Source of the DNA: Mustelus asterias | Taxonomy: Eukaryota | Direction of reading: 5' to 3' | DNA length: 64,000 nt | NCBI RefSeq assembly: GCF_964213995.1 | Contig: NW_027590164.1 | Location: forward strand, 186,001-250,000 | In this document: positions 27,618 through 41,354 of the stretch, piece after piece | How positions within the stretch are numbered: position 1 is the first letter of the stretch | Layout of the letters: every line of letters starts with the position of its first letter | Made by a program: the position numbers and the translations under genes | Notes under the pieces: model-generated | The model's input: only the letters and a program-made list of their open reading frames with translations | What the model was told of the DNA's origin: nothing | Database searches by the model: none

Positions 27618-27915
27618 TGCCAGTGTGGCACAGTGGTCAACTCTGTTGCCTCACAGCGCCAGGGCCACAGGTTTGGTTGCCGGCTTGGGTCAGTGTCTGT
27701 GCGGTGTCCGCACATTCTCCGTGTATGCGTGGATTTCTTCTGGGTGTTCCAGTTTCCTCACACAGTCCAAAAAGGCATGCAGGTAAGGTGCACAGCCAGG
27801 TTAAATTCTCCCTCAGGTTACCCAAACAGATGCCGCAATGTGGCGACTCGGGGATTTTCACAGTAACTTCATGGCAGTGTTAATGTAAGCCTACTTGTGA
27901 CACTAATAAATAAAC
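27618..27915 (+). mobile_element. V-SINE
   Basis: tRNA-like head, central domain and ...GCCTACTTGTGACACTAATAAATAAAC tail. Confidence 0.8.
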
Positions 27916-28364
27916 TTCAAACCTTAAATCTTCCAGCAGATAAGGAGAATGTCATAAATGTTCAGAAAAATAGTAATTATTTTCACAATGACCGTCCATT
28001 CACAGTTTAATAAATGCATTGACCAGTTATCGTTCATTCATAAAGGTTAGTATATTTAACATTACTTTATGGCGACCATGTCTAGGCCAGCATTTATTCC
28101 CCAATACTAATTGCATTCGGTAAATTGGTGGTGAGCCGCCTTCTTGATCCGCTGCAAAACCTGCAATGTAGGTACTCCCATAGTGCTGTTTGGGAGGGTG
28201 CTCATGGATTCCGACCCAGCGATAGTATAGGAACGGTAACATATGTTCAAGTCAGGTTGATGAGTGTCTTGGAGGGGAATTTCCAGGCGGGGTTGTTCCA
28301 ATTCACCAGTTATCATCAGTTCTTACAGATAAACAATTATTTCACCAATTATATTCAGCATTTT

Positions 28365-28885
28365 GAAAAAAGCAAAACACTGCGGATTCTGGAAACTAAA
28401 ACAAAAACAATAAATTCTGAAAAATCTCAACAGATCTGACAGCATCTGTGGAGAGAGAATAGAGCCAACGTTTTGAGTCAGGATGACCCTTTTTTATCTG
28501 GAGAAATTTGAAAAGGATGATGAAATTGGGAAATTTTGAGGGTGGATAGGGATGAGGCAGTTTTTTTTGAGGGTATAGTTAGTGATTGAGGCGTTGATTA
28601 GGTTAGTTAGGATGGAGAAGTTAATTATGATATTTGGGATCGATACATGAATTGATGTAACTTGTGTGTGGCTCGTAATAGTGTATATCATTAAACAGTA
28701 ACTACTTAAACTATTCCCATCTTACAGGAAAGTTGTACAGTTTCTCTGACACTTTGTTAGAAACAATGATGATCTCTCCAATGCATCAGGAATACTCAGT
28801 TGAAGCGTCATCCAGGCTCTATTCTGTCCCCACAGATGCTGTCAGACCTGCTGCGTTTTTCCAGCATTTTCAGTTTGCTTTCAGT
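28365..28885. mobile_element. MER6/Penelope-like element with inverted ends
   Basis: CTGACAGCATCTGTGGAGAGAGAATAGAGCC (about 28436) is inverted relative to GGCTCTATTCTGTCCCCACAGATGCTGTCAG (about 28815). Empty site in copy A near 14815. Confidence 0.65.
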
Positions 28886-31799
28886 ATTTCATTCTATACA
28901 ACATACAATTGTAATTTGCTTCGTATGATTTATTGATATTAACATTTATTAACATTTTATTGGCCTTTTTTTCTCCAAAAAATAAAATCTGTCCCAGAAT
29001 TCAGTGGGGAATTGAATTAATTCAGACCGAGGATAATGAACAGCTACCCAGCAGCCTCTGCGCTTCATTGAAAAGTAATCACCTCATCATCACATAGAAA
29101 GTCCTGATAAATAGCTGGAGTGTGTGATGATTTTCAAAGTGATGATATAAATGAAACTACCTGTACCTCATGTGAAGTTACGGAATCTTTAAATCCGGAT
29201 TCATTATTACACTGTTTTGGGAAGTAATGTAACACTTGGAGTTGTCCAGTGAGTCTCACAATATTTCTGTTGTTACCTTATTTACTTTTCACCCTGTTAC
29301 CTTCTCTAGTTTGGGTGATGGCATGTTGAGTGATTTGTTGCACGTGAAAGAACCAGATGTTTCAAATATTACAATCCTCCCTCCTCAAACTAATCATGTT
29401 CACTCTTTTTATCTTGGATATGAAGATTCAGCATCAGCAGAGAAATGAACCTTCCGAGCCGCAGGAATATCTCGTCCTTCTCTCCATGAGAATCAGCTTG
29501 CTAACTCCCGATAAACTCGGGATGGATTTCACCCAGACATTCTGGAAGAATTGGAGGTATTAGACTGACACAAATGGAATAAAGGAGCTGATTCCATTTA
29601 TGAAATAATCAAGCACAAATATGGGAATGTAGAACAGCATCTTTCAATGCCATCTATCAAAGCATCCATCAATCCATTCACTGATTCTTCAATCAAAATA
29701 TTGAGGCATCAAATTGTCACTCATCCAACCATCATTCATTCAAATGTCATTCATTCCTGCATCAACACAGTAATACATTTATTGTTTGCGCAGATTGTGA
29801 CATAATATTAATTTAATTGATCCAGTGATCCAGAGGCCCAGGACAATGATGTGAGGACAGGGATTTAAATCGGGCCATTACAGATGGTAGAACTTGAATT
29901 CAATTAATAAATCTGAAATAGATAGTAATGGCGACTATTGGAACATCTCTGATTCCCCAATGGGGGAAATCTGCCATCGCTACCTGATCTCACAAGGATG
30001 TGACTGCAAGCGGACAGCAAAATAGCTGACTCTTTCATATCTTCAGAAGTGGCCTAGAAAACCAGTCAGTTCAAGGGAATTTGGGACAGGCAAAAAGTGC
30101 TGGTCTTTCCAACCAAACATCCCATGGAAAGATAAAGGGGAGGAAAATGCAAACATGTTCATGTATCGTCTCTCTGAGACATCTCTCAGTTTGCCTGTAA
30201 TTCTTTCTATCCATCTATCACAATACCCTGCTGTGTTGGAAAAATCATTATTGTTGCTGACAGGGTGCCAGAGAAGCTGCATGACTTTCCTTTCTTTCGA
30301 GATGGGAAAATTTCATCTAGATTTACAACTTCAAAAAATTAAAGTGCCCCCAGTACTGTTACTGGGTAGATTTGTTTATAAATGGACCTCATTGACAACG
30401 TGAAGGGTTTTAAGTTGGCTTGCAGCCAAACGGTCAGTACTGAAGAAACAGATCATTGATTTACTTCACAAACACCCCCAGATGCTTCCTGTCAATAACT
30501 TTGAGCATTTGACAGCAGCCTGGATTGCTGCCAAATACTGTGTGGGAAAGATTAGCGTGAACCTGAATGGACAAAATGGGATTCAGCCATTTAAACAATA
30601 AATGTTTCATTCGCACAAGAAAGACACATTTTAAATAGTAATCATTCTAATCAAATATTTTCATTCAATGTCCAGTTCATTATGTGAGTAAATAGTATCG
30701 CAAAACAATAAAGTGACCAGATGCTTTTTCATTTGTATATCTTCCAAGTAAATGCCTTTCCAATAATTATAATCTGTTCATTAACCACTTCATGAAATGC
30801 GAGAGAGAGACGTTGATGGTCCCAATTCCCCAGTCAATTGAGATCAGAGCAATGGCCAAAAATGCATCGAAATAATATTAAAATAACATCATAAAACTGA
30901 ATATTCTGAACGTTCTGTATCTCATTTAAACAGCAGCGTCTCTTGTACCTGATTTACACCGTGTTCTATTGTACAGTATAATCTGATTCCTGTTATTGAA
31001 GAGTCCCTCTCATAGCTGCCAATGAGTGGAGAAATGATCAGTTCATAACCTGATTCAATGGAAGATAAAACATTTATTCTTGTGATATTGTGCAATGTGC
31101 CGCAAAGTCCTGATACCCTGTGTTCCCAATACCAATGAATATTAGACAGTCGGTGGCCAATAGAGTGAGCTGCAACGATTTGGATGCTGAAGGAGAACTT
31201 TAATGATCTCCGTGTCCGTTCCGAATCATTAACTTCTCTGTCAAAAATCGATGTTAATTTTATGTTTCTCTGGCAACTCACTATTTAATTATCAGGAGGG
31301 CGGGATTCTTATTATTTTCAAAGGGCTGTCTTCGAGATTGGGACAGTTTGACAAATATAAGGAGAAACATTGTATTGTGTGAGAGTTTCTTCTCATCTCC
31401 AAACCCAAATTGTACAGTGATAGCCATCCGCACTGTAAATAGAATCACTTTGTTCATCCCCCACATTTAGTTACAGAAATTGATAACAATTCTTCCGATA
31501 AAGTATGCTTTATTATTGTAATGTGACAGAGACCCGGAATTGTTGAAAAATAGACTGACGGTCTCTTTATATCCGAAAGCGTTATTTCATCATTTTTAGA
31601 TTTGTGTCCTTGTTAGGGGCGTGGTAATAAATTCAGCATATTTACAATGGAATTAGTTATTTAAATAAAGAAATGATGAACTGCAATATCACCATCAGAA
31701 ATAATGGAAACAATACAATGAACATACTCAGCCAAACTAATATCCCGACATGAATAAAATGTCAGTTTTAATAATAACCTATTGTAAATCTCGACTCCA

Positions 31800-31995
31800 T
31801 TCTGTTGGGGGTGTGGAAGGTGGGACGTGGATCCTGTCGCCGCCTCCAGCAGGGAATCAACAGGCGGCGCCTGGAAAGCCGCCCCCTTCTGCCGGGTATT
31901 TAAATGCCGCTCACTGGGACCGGAATCCAACAGTCCGGGAGTTGGTTTGTTCACTGAGTTCCGGACACAACCATTTCCCCCAATTTACCAGAAGG
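31800..31995 (+). promoter_or_regulatory. VH promoter: GC-rich, TATA-like TATTTAAAT at 31897-31905, no canonical octamer seen
   Basis: Lies immediately 5' of the leader ATG. Octamer-less VH promoters are known in sharks. Confidence 0.65.
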
Positions 31996-32041
31996 ATGAG
32001 GTCGGTGATTTGTCTCAGTTTGTTGCTGACTTTCTTATCCG
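31996..32041 (+). CDS. IGHV: IgH V leader exon (MRSVICLSLLLTFLSG)
   Basis: Hydrophobic signal peptide; phase-1 donor G|GTGAGT. Confidence 0.95.
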
Positions 32042-32162
32042 GTGAGTAGGTTTTTATTGTCCAAGTCTCTCACTGTTGCTGTCTCAGTCTATCTCTATAA
32101 TATTCCAGATTCAAAAATCAGTACCAGGATTAATCCTCGGGTTTCTTGATCTATTTTTACAG

Positions 32163-32467
32163 GTGTCCAGTCGGAGGTTGTGTTGACTCAGCCAGAGGCA
32201 AAGACCGGGCGTCCCGGAGGATCCCTGAGACTGACCTGTAAAACCAGCGGCTTCGATCTTGACAGCAGCGAAATGAGTTGGATCCGGCAGGTTCCCGGAC
32301 AGGGGCTGGAGTGGCTGGTTAGCTACGAAGATTCATCCAACGAATATTACGCCTCCGGGATTCAGGGCCGATTCACTGCGTCCAAAGACCTTTCAAACAA
32401 CATCTTCGCCTTGGACATGACGAGCCTGAAGACTGAAGACACGGCCATCTATTACTGTGCAGGAGAC
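32163..32467 (+). CDS. IGHV: IgM-type VH exon, open
   Basis: TTTTTACAG acceptor; [52 protein letters not shown]. Confidence 0.97.
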
Positions 32468-32506
32468 CACAGCGAGAGGAACCAGGGCTGCACCCGGACA
32501 AGAACA
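32468..32506 (+). promoter_or_regulatory. VH 23-RSS
   Basis: CACAGCG-23 nt-ACAAGAACA. Confidence 0.92.
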
Positions 32507-32840
32507 GCTCGTGAGGGAATTCAGCAACTTCCATCATAACCTGAAGGTCAGTATCTGTTTTAAATGTAATATGACCGACAGTGGTCAGAATCAAACCATA
32601 ATCGTGTTTAAAAAGTAACAAAGAAAGCATTTAGCAGTAAAATTTGAAAAGTCACCGATATAACGGGGTGAGCTTTTCACTGACTTTATATTTATTGTCG
32701 TTTCAGCAAGTACAGCACTATCGTTTTAATATTTCTGATAGATTGTGTTATATAAACAGTTGCCTACATTTTAAATTAGAGCCGAACAAATGGTCCATTT
32801 GAAGTGAATATTGAGCGGCAGTACTGAACAGAATGAGTGC

Positions 32841-32918
32841 AGTTTTTGTACGGGTGTGTGTCGCAGTGATACGATGGGGTCACAGTGCTGAGCACAGCGA
32901 CATCCTCATACAAAAACC
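32841..32918 (+). other. DH1 segment (ATACGATGGGGT, 32869-32880) with 5' 12-RSS and 3' 22-RSS
   Basis: AGTTTTTGT-12-CGCAGTG [D] CACAGTG-22-ACAAAAACC; matches the classical shark D1 layout. Confidence 0.95.
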
Positions 32919-33227
32919 TCAGAGAAGGACTTTGCTTAAATATGTGATCAGTGCCACTGCGGAATGCCAAACAAAATGAGGATTCAACAAAATAATAGGT
33001 AGAAGCAGCATTGTTTTTTAAAAGATATAAAATGCTTCAACTTTATTGTTATTTATTTACATGCTAAGTGTGAACGGAGAGTGTAAAAGTTTCTAATCCC
33101 CTTTATCAACATCATGACCAGTAAAAGTTGAAATATCTCACTGACTCACTCTTAAACGAGATGGAAACAGGCTTTTGAAATAGCAGTAAAATCAAATCTT
33201 TGTATTTTACAGTGAACAGCCTGCCGC

Positions 33228-33292
33228 AGTATTTGTCATGCTGTGTCTCACTGTGCCTGGATGGCACAGCAGTTACTGTCAATACAAAAACC
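33228..33292 (+). other. DH2 segment (CCTGGATGG, 33256-33264) with 12/12 RSS
   Basis: AGTATTTGT-12-CACTGTG [D] CACAGCA-12-ACAAAAACC. Confidence 0.95.
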
Positions 33293-33618
33293 CCTCAGCA
33301 TTGATTGATTGAAGCTGGATCAGTGTCACTTTTAAATTCCAACTTTAATCACAATACAGTATTATTTTTGTCCAGCACTGACCACATGATAAGAATGAAT
33401 ATGGAAAATCTGTGATAATTACTCAATTATCAGTTGGTGTTTTCAATAACATATTCATGTGTTCCTCTGTGAAATATAAAACATTCGGGTCATTTATGAA
33501 TGGAGAATGGTATCCAGAAATACAATGATAATTTAATGAACATTAATTGACTTTGTTTTTCCTCTGGTTTGTGAATATTTAAAATAATGTTGCTCTTGTG
33601 TCTATTTTGTGCAGGGAC

Positions 33619-33657
33619 GGTTATTGTATGACACAACCCAGGGAATGTGACATTGTG
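33619..33657 (+). promoter_or_regulatory. JH 23-RSS
   Basis: GGTTATTGT-23-CATTGTG. Confidence 0.92.
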
Positions 33658-33705
33658 ACTACTTCGACTACTGGGGACAAGGAACCATGGTGACGGTGAC
33701 TGCAG
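33658..33705 (+). CDS. IGHJ: JH segment (YFDYWGQGTMVTVTA)
   Basis: WGxG motif; donor G|GTAAG. Confidence 0.97.
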
Positions 33706-36700
33706 GTAAGAACCATGCACTTATTGAGAAACTGGTTTGCATGTGTCTTTGTTTTATATTTTTGCCTATACTAATAATCCATTTGTTTACTTAAATGTGG
33801 GTTTGGTGGATTCTCGATTGTGAATTTTTACAATGTTTCCCGTGATTCTGCTGCAAATGGGTTCTGGAATTCCGCTGTTTCTTGACAATCGGTGCTGCTG
33901 AGGGATTCAATCCCTAGTTGTTGTGCTTTTGTGTTTATCTGTTGAGTTACTGTGTGGCTGGGTTACTTTAAAAGCCTAACGTCTGTTCAACAATTCGGCG
34001 TTTCTGCAATGTTTATTCTCGGTGACATCTAGTGGCTGCGGGTTGTACAAGTGTTTGAAATCCAACCCAACATTTTTTTAAAATGCTAAAATTTCTATAT
34101 TAATCCAGTGAACATATTCCACTCACTCACAATGCTGGTGCTGCTATGCAATATTTCTGTTTATTTTAAACATTAATTACTTTGGTGGTGGCGGATTGGC
34201 TGGAATATATATCAAAAATTTCTGTCAATGTTACATTTGATTCTGTTGAAAGAGTTTGTAGAATTGAGCTGCTTCTGCAGGAAGCAGGGTTCAGTCTCTC
34301 AGTGATGTGTTTCTCTGGTGAGGAAATTGTTTGTCTGGTCGACTTTGAATAAGTAAAATTTGTGAAATAGTTTGGTGCTTCTGCATTGTTTAAACTCGGT
34401 GACGCACGCTTTGTGATTGAATACGAACAGTCTGCGGGTTTGCAACTGCTTGACGCATGACTGCAGGCAGAAATCAGGCAGGCGTTGTTGTATTTGTATT
34501 TTTTAAATCTTAAGTGATAATTGCAGGTTAAACTAAACCACGGTTTACGCCGCTCGTTCAGAACATACTTTTTCACTGCATTCACAATTTGGGGTACCTG
34601 CAATGTTTCATCTCGGTGGCATTTGATGGCTGCAGCTTTTACCATCCAAATGTTTAAATATGTTTGAAATATGACCCAATATGAATAAAATGTGATAAAG
34701 TTTCAATACTAATTTGTTGAACACATTCCACATCCCCGCAATGCTATTGCTGTTGCTATTATTCCAGATTTCTGTTTAGTTTAATAACTGGTAAGGAGTT
34801 GGTTTGCTAGATTCGATATTGAGATTTTCTTGCATTGTTACATTTGATTCTGTTGAATGGACAATTGAACTGTTTGTCCGTGAAACGGATTCATTCCCTC
34901 ATTGAAGTGTTTTGGTGTGTTTTTGCTGAAGAGATTCTGTGGTTCGATCACTATGAATGTTTAAAATGGGTAAAATGGTTTGGCGTTACGGCATTATTTC
35001 TGCATTGTTTCAACTCGGTGCCACTGAGCGGTTAGACGTCTTCTGGTTGAATGCAAACAATCTTTGAGTTTGAAAACCCTTGTAGGGAGAAAACAAGTAG
35101 GTTTTGGAAAAATAACTAAAATGAAGATATTCCAACATTTTTATAAATTTTAACTAAACCTTACAAATTAAAGTAAATCATGACTTACAACGCTCATTCG
35201 GACACGAAGTCGTTGTTGCAATCACAAACTTCTCATTAACAAGTTTAAAAGTAAAATTAATATAAAACAAACAATTATTAATCGGTAATATAACTCCATA
35301 TTCACCCAAGATTATTTTATATTGATATAAATTAGCATTAATCCCCTTTAATAGTTCTGTTGTGCTTTTCACACAATTAACATGACCAGAAAATTTTCCA
35401 GACTGGAAATATTTTGTGATAATTCCAGAAACTATTTCAATGATAACATGCTGTTTCCACAGCAGCGCTCAGTTCAGCAATATACTTTGTATTAATCGTT
35501 ATATCCCAGATTAAGTTCGCATTCACTGGAATACGAATTTTGCAGAGTAAGACGTTACTTTTTGGCAATTTTTGTATCCGCTTATTCACATTTTGTTTCT
35601 GTGCAGCCGCAACCAGATTATTAATTCCAAGTAATTTGTAATTGGATACCGAGATAGTTTATTACTAATCTCACCTCAAAATTTGTGAAATCGTTTGGTA
35701 TTTCTCAATTGTTTCTGTATTGGTTCAACTGAGCGGTTACACGTTTTCTGGCTAAATGAAAATGAAAAAAAGAATTGAAAATTCTTGTGGGGATAAAGCA
35801 AACAGGTTTCGGAAAAATAAAATAAATATATGTTAGGGCATCTTATTCATGTTAACTGATGCTTACATATTAAAATAAATCATGAATTACAATTCTTACT
35901 GTGTCACTGTATCTCTGTTAGGGACATTACACGACCCTGATCTGTTATATTTGACGTGCTCATTTTCAGAAAAATACATTTTTGCCTAGTTTTTGGGATT
36001 TGAGACAGACAGGGAGAGACAGTTAAAAGGCGAAGGGAGTTTTGAAATGAACATCAGGTTAAGTTAAAATTTGTCTTGATTTGTTTTGTTGTTGTAATTT
36101 GACCTTTGATCAATTAGAATCAAACAGTTTGAATACACTTGACAGAGCGAACAGAGTTTTCTGACAGGTGGAATTCGCTGACACTGAAGTAATTGTTCAT
36201 ATGATTGTGTTTGTAGTAAATTGTCAACAGAAACTGACTAGAGATGGACAAGTTAATGCTTGAAATTCAAAAAGATTAATTTATATAAAATATAATAATA
36301 TTATAAATATTATTAAAATAATATTAGCTCTGCACTTAATAATAACAGCATGTCTCCCATTACTGCTAAATACAGGATAAAATTATGGGAAGAATAAATG
36401 ACAGAATAGAAGAATTGATTCTATCTGAAGCTTATGTTTAATTCTTATTAAATATTATAATGAAGAAAAGGTCTAGACTTATATTCTGCATCGTGTTTTA
36501 GTGTTACAGAGGATTTGAATCAATTGTCCTCTTTGTGTTTGCACTGTTTAATTCAGATCTTCTTTAATTCAACAATATGTTCAGTAATTAAGTTATATGG
36601 ATGGTCGAAATTACTAAATCCAGGAAGCAGAATTATTGGTTTCAAACTGCCAGGCCGTTACACTCTGTACAAATTCAGGAGTATGCATTTTAACACGTTT

Positions 36701-38559
36701 GTAGATTATAATAAGACATTTGTAGTAAAAGTGAAAAAGTAAAATATTACAATGTGATTAGATTTAAGTAACTGAATGACAGATGTCTGAATGCTTCCAT
36801 TCAGTAATTTGAAATTATTGTTTAAGATTGTCTAAGATTTAATTGTAACCCAATTATTTAACACTGTTGGAGGCAGAAGCACGTTGAATAATTGAAAACT
36901 CATTTTATTACAGAATACAAATGAGCTGACAGGAGAACTAACAGGCAATTAACAATAGCTTAAAATATGATATTGGTGCTGATTAAGTTAAAACAAAAGA
37001 CCTTGAATATTGCACTGGCGTGCAAAATATCATCCGTTTTAGAGAACATTTAATTGTATCGAAAATGAATTCAGAAAAAAACATTACTTTACTCAGCTGT
37101 GCTCAGCTCAATAAAGTGCTTTGCTTTGATTATTTTGTTGATTACATTTAATTAAGAAATTAGTTCTAATCAGTAATGGTTTTCAATGTAAATGATTCCC
37201 GATTTGTTTACTTCTTACTGTGTCACTGCATCTCTGTTAGGGACATTGAACTGTCCTGAATCTGTTATTTTTGATTGCTCATTTTCAGCGAAATTACATT
37301 TTCACATAGTTTTCGAGAAGTGAGACAGAGAAATAATTAACAGTCGAAAGGAGTTTTGAAATGAATATCAGTTTAATTTAAAATAGATTATTGATTTTCT
37401 GTTGTTGTAAGTTGACCATTGATCAATTAGAATCCAACAGTTTGAATGAAATTGACAGATTGAACAGATCTATCTGCTGGGCACTCGATTGTTGCACCGT
37501 TTGTGTCTGTTCTGTTTCTGTGCGCGTGGTCACTGTGTTGGGACCAGGAATCTGTTTGACTGGCTATAAATCTTCTGGTTCCTTCTGCTGTATTTCAGGG
37601 AGTGAAATTTGATTTATTTCTTCAATACACTTGTATCTGTGAGAAATGTGACAGTTTGACTTGATGTTTGACTCGGCGTCTCAGAAATGAGATCCCCAAA
37701 GCATATTGCGACCATCAGACAGAGCAGAAACGTCAGACTGCAGAGGGAGAATTGGGTGATTTTTAACCAGTGATGTACCGGCCTTGAGAATGTTCGATGA
37801 ACAAATGCAAAGTGAGATTTACTATATTGTGATCCGTACTATAGCAGTCCCTGACCTGTTTAGTATGACAGTTGAAGGGTCAAATTCATTTGCATCTTAT
37901 TTTTAATTTTCTAAAGGCTCTTTTAGAGTCATTTCCTCGGCCAGAATTTTTAATCTTCCCTAATTGTTCCATGAGAAAGTGTTGCTATGAAGCATCGTTG
38001 AATAACTGCAGTCCATATGCTGCAGGCATCCGCCGTGCTGTTAGGCAGGAAGTTCCAGGATTTTGACCCAGCGACTGTGAAGGAACTGAGATATTGTTTC
38101 AAGTCAGGATGGTGTGTGTCTTGGAGGGGAGCTTGCAGGTGGTAGTGTTCATATGTGGCTGCTGCCCTTGTCCTGTTAGGATGCAAAGGCAGCGGGTTTG
38201 GACAGTGTTTTCTATGGAGCCTTAGTGAGTTGCTGCAGTGCATCTTGTATATTATACACACTGCTGTCACTGCTTGTTAGTGATGGAGAGAGTGAATAGG
38301 GTGAATGAGGGGGTTGGGTAATCTTGTGGGTGGCTTTGCCCTGGATTGTGTCAAATGTCCTGAGTTTTTACAAGTTTCGCTCATTGAGAAAAGAGGAAAT
38401 TATTCAATTGCGACTGACTTGTGAAAGAGTTAAATGTTTTTCCAACCTTTGGCCCGCGGTCCGTATTGTGCTCACATGTCACTCCCACTTACTGTGTGAG
38501 TGGGTGAGTGTGTGTGGAGTGAGGGTGCTTTTCCAGACTAAATCAGCCAGATAGAGACT

Positions 38560-40378
38560 TACACACATCACACACTCTCACACACATAGATACACACATG
38601 CACACTCTCATATTCTCTCACACATGCACACACAAATACATACTCACACTTACTTTCTCTCTCATACGATCTCTCTCACACAGCCATACACATTCTCTCT
38701 CTCTCTCTCTCGCGTTGTACATACACTCTCTCAATACAAGTACGTACATACTCTCGCTCTCTCAATTAATCTCTCACACGCCCTTACACAAAAGCAATCA
38801 CATCCCCACACACATTCTCTCTTACACGCAGACACATACTCTCACATAAGCACAGTCTCGCACACGCACTCTCACATGCACTCTCTCTCCCACACTCTGT
38901 CACACACGCTCAAGCTGTCTCACATTTATTCACACACACTCTCACAATTCCTCTTGCACACGCATCTCTCTCTCACATACACACGCACATATTCCTATCT
39001 CTCTTGCACACACTATCTCACACCTGTACATTCTTCCTTTCACACACTGGCTCTCTCACAAATACTCTCTCACAAACATAGACACATGCACACACTCTAA
39101 CACGCACTCTTACACACAGACACAGTCTCTCAAATAAGCACAGTCTCGTGCACACATTCTCCCTCACACACACACACATGCACTATCCCTCTCACATTCA
39201 CTCTTCCGTATACTCTCACTCCATCTCACACTCATTCATATGCTCCCTCTCTCATGCGAATAGTTGCGCACGCATTCTCTCACACAGGCACATATTTCTC
39301 TCTCTTTCACACGCTCACTCCCTTATACATTATCTCACACATGCAAAACCTTGCTCTCAAACACTGTCTCTCACAAACACCCTCTCTCTGACACGCACAC
39401 AGTCTCTCCGTCTCTCACACACGAACACACATGTATACACAATGTATCTCTCTTAAACACTCCACCTATCACAGACACATGTTCTCTCAACAGTTACTTC
39501 ATTCACACACACTCACGCATCCACTCTGTCTAATTTTCACACTTTCTCTCGCTCACACACACTCTCCCCGCCCCTCCACACACACACACACACACACACA
39601 TACTTTGAAGAACAGAGACACACTCTCACACACATAAAGACACACACACTATCTCTCACACACACATTCTTTCTCTCATGCACACTCTCTCCTCTTGCAC
39701 ACACAGACCACTGTCTCACACACGTGCAAAAGCATTCATGTGTCTCACACACTCTCACANNNNNNNNNNNNNNNNNNNNNNNNNNNNNNNNNNNNNNNNN
39801 NNNNNNNNNNNNNNNNNNNNNNNNNNNNNNNNNNNNNNNNNNNNNNNNNNNNNNNNNNNNNNNNNNNNNNNNNNNNNNNNNNNNNNNNNNNNNNCACACA
39901 CATTGCACACATCTTTCTCACTCAGACGCAATACCATGCACACCTTCAGACACTGATGAACATATTATTTTACTTTCCAATCGGCACTCCCTCTCACACA
40001 TACTGTCTTTCACATGAACACAACACTCTCTCCCACACACATACCCTCCCTCTCAGGCACACACATTCTCTTTCACAGACACCCTGTATCTCATACGGAC
40101 ACACTCCTTTTCACATAAACACACACTCAATCACACACAGAAGTACTCTTTCACACAGACTCCTACTCTCCCCGCCCCTCCGCACACACACACTTTCAGA
40201 AGAGATACACTCTCACACACAAAGAATAACTCTTCAAACACACATTCTCTCTCTCCCACACACATTGTCTCACACACCCTTTCTCTCACGTACACTCTCC
40301 CCTCTTGCACACGCAGCCCACTATGTCACACACGTGCAAACGCAGTTTATCACACACAGGCACATTTACACACACATC
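38560..40378. repeat. CA/CT-rich low-complexity tract containing an assembly gap (N at 39760-39894)
   Basis: Seen directly in the sequence. Confidence 0.95.
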
Positions 40379-40662
40379 GAGTCTGCACCAACAGCAATCC
40401 CACCCAAGCCCTATCCCCATAACCACATGCATTTACCCTAACTAGTCCCCGTGACACTAAGGGGCAATTTAGAACGGCCAATTCACCTAAACCGCACATC
40501 TTTGGATTGTGGGAGGAAACCAGAACACCCGAATGAAACCCAAGCAGACACGGGGTGAACTTGCAAACTCCACACAGACAGTGACCCAAGTCGGGAATCG
40601 AACCCGAGTCCGTGGCGCTGTGAGGCAGCAGCGCTAATCACGGTGCCTCCGTGCCACCCCGG
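40378..40662 (-). mobile_element. V-SINE
   Basis: Central domain plus GGGAATCGAACCC (reverse B box). Confidence 0.85.
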
Positions 40663-41354
40663 TAGCATTTGAATGAGTGTGGGATCGAGGAGCCCGAGTA
40701 AAACTCAAGTGAATAAGAATCGGGGGGAAATTCTTCTCTGTTTCGAGTCATACTTAACACAAAGCAAGATGGTATTGGTTGTTGGAGGTCAAACATCTAA
40801 GTTCAGACATCACTGCAGGAGTTCGGCAGGGAACGGTTCTGGGAGTAACAATCTTCTACTGCTTCATCAATGACATTCCATCCAACATGAGGTCAGAAGT
40901 AGGAATTTCCATGTGTTACACCGGACACAAAGGCACAATAAATAAGAAGGGACCTGGCCGAGACTAAGGCCGCCTGACTCCCCAATACTGGTGTAGAGTT
41001 GGTGTTTGATTCCTGTGCGGCCCATTTTAACTTTACTGTGAGCTTCCCTTCCAGCTCCCTCAGTCTGTCTATCTGTTCACTGACACGGGTTTCTTAAAGT
41101 AAGGCACAGACATTAAAGCAGCTGCTCAGTGATCTACACTGCTGCCTGACTTTAGACAGCTCTGTTACTGAAAGCTGATCAATGTGGAGAATCGGGACAA
41201 AATCGATGGAGAGGAAATGGAGGAGGTGGAGCTCCTGGAGCCGAATGGAGCAGTCCCCGACTCGGCTGTGGACAACAGGCAATGGAAAGCTGAGACTGAG
41301 CGGAAAATCATCCAGAGAATCATCCTGATAATGGGACCAGAGTAATTGTGAATG

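Noticed and set aside
37498-37570. CACTGTG followed by a J-like frame LGPGICLTG in the J-C intron
   Set aside because: No nonamer at 12 or 23 spacing, no F/W before GxG, and no splice donor.
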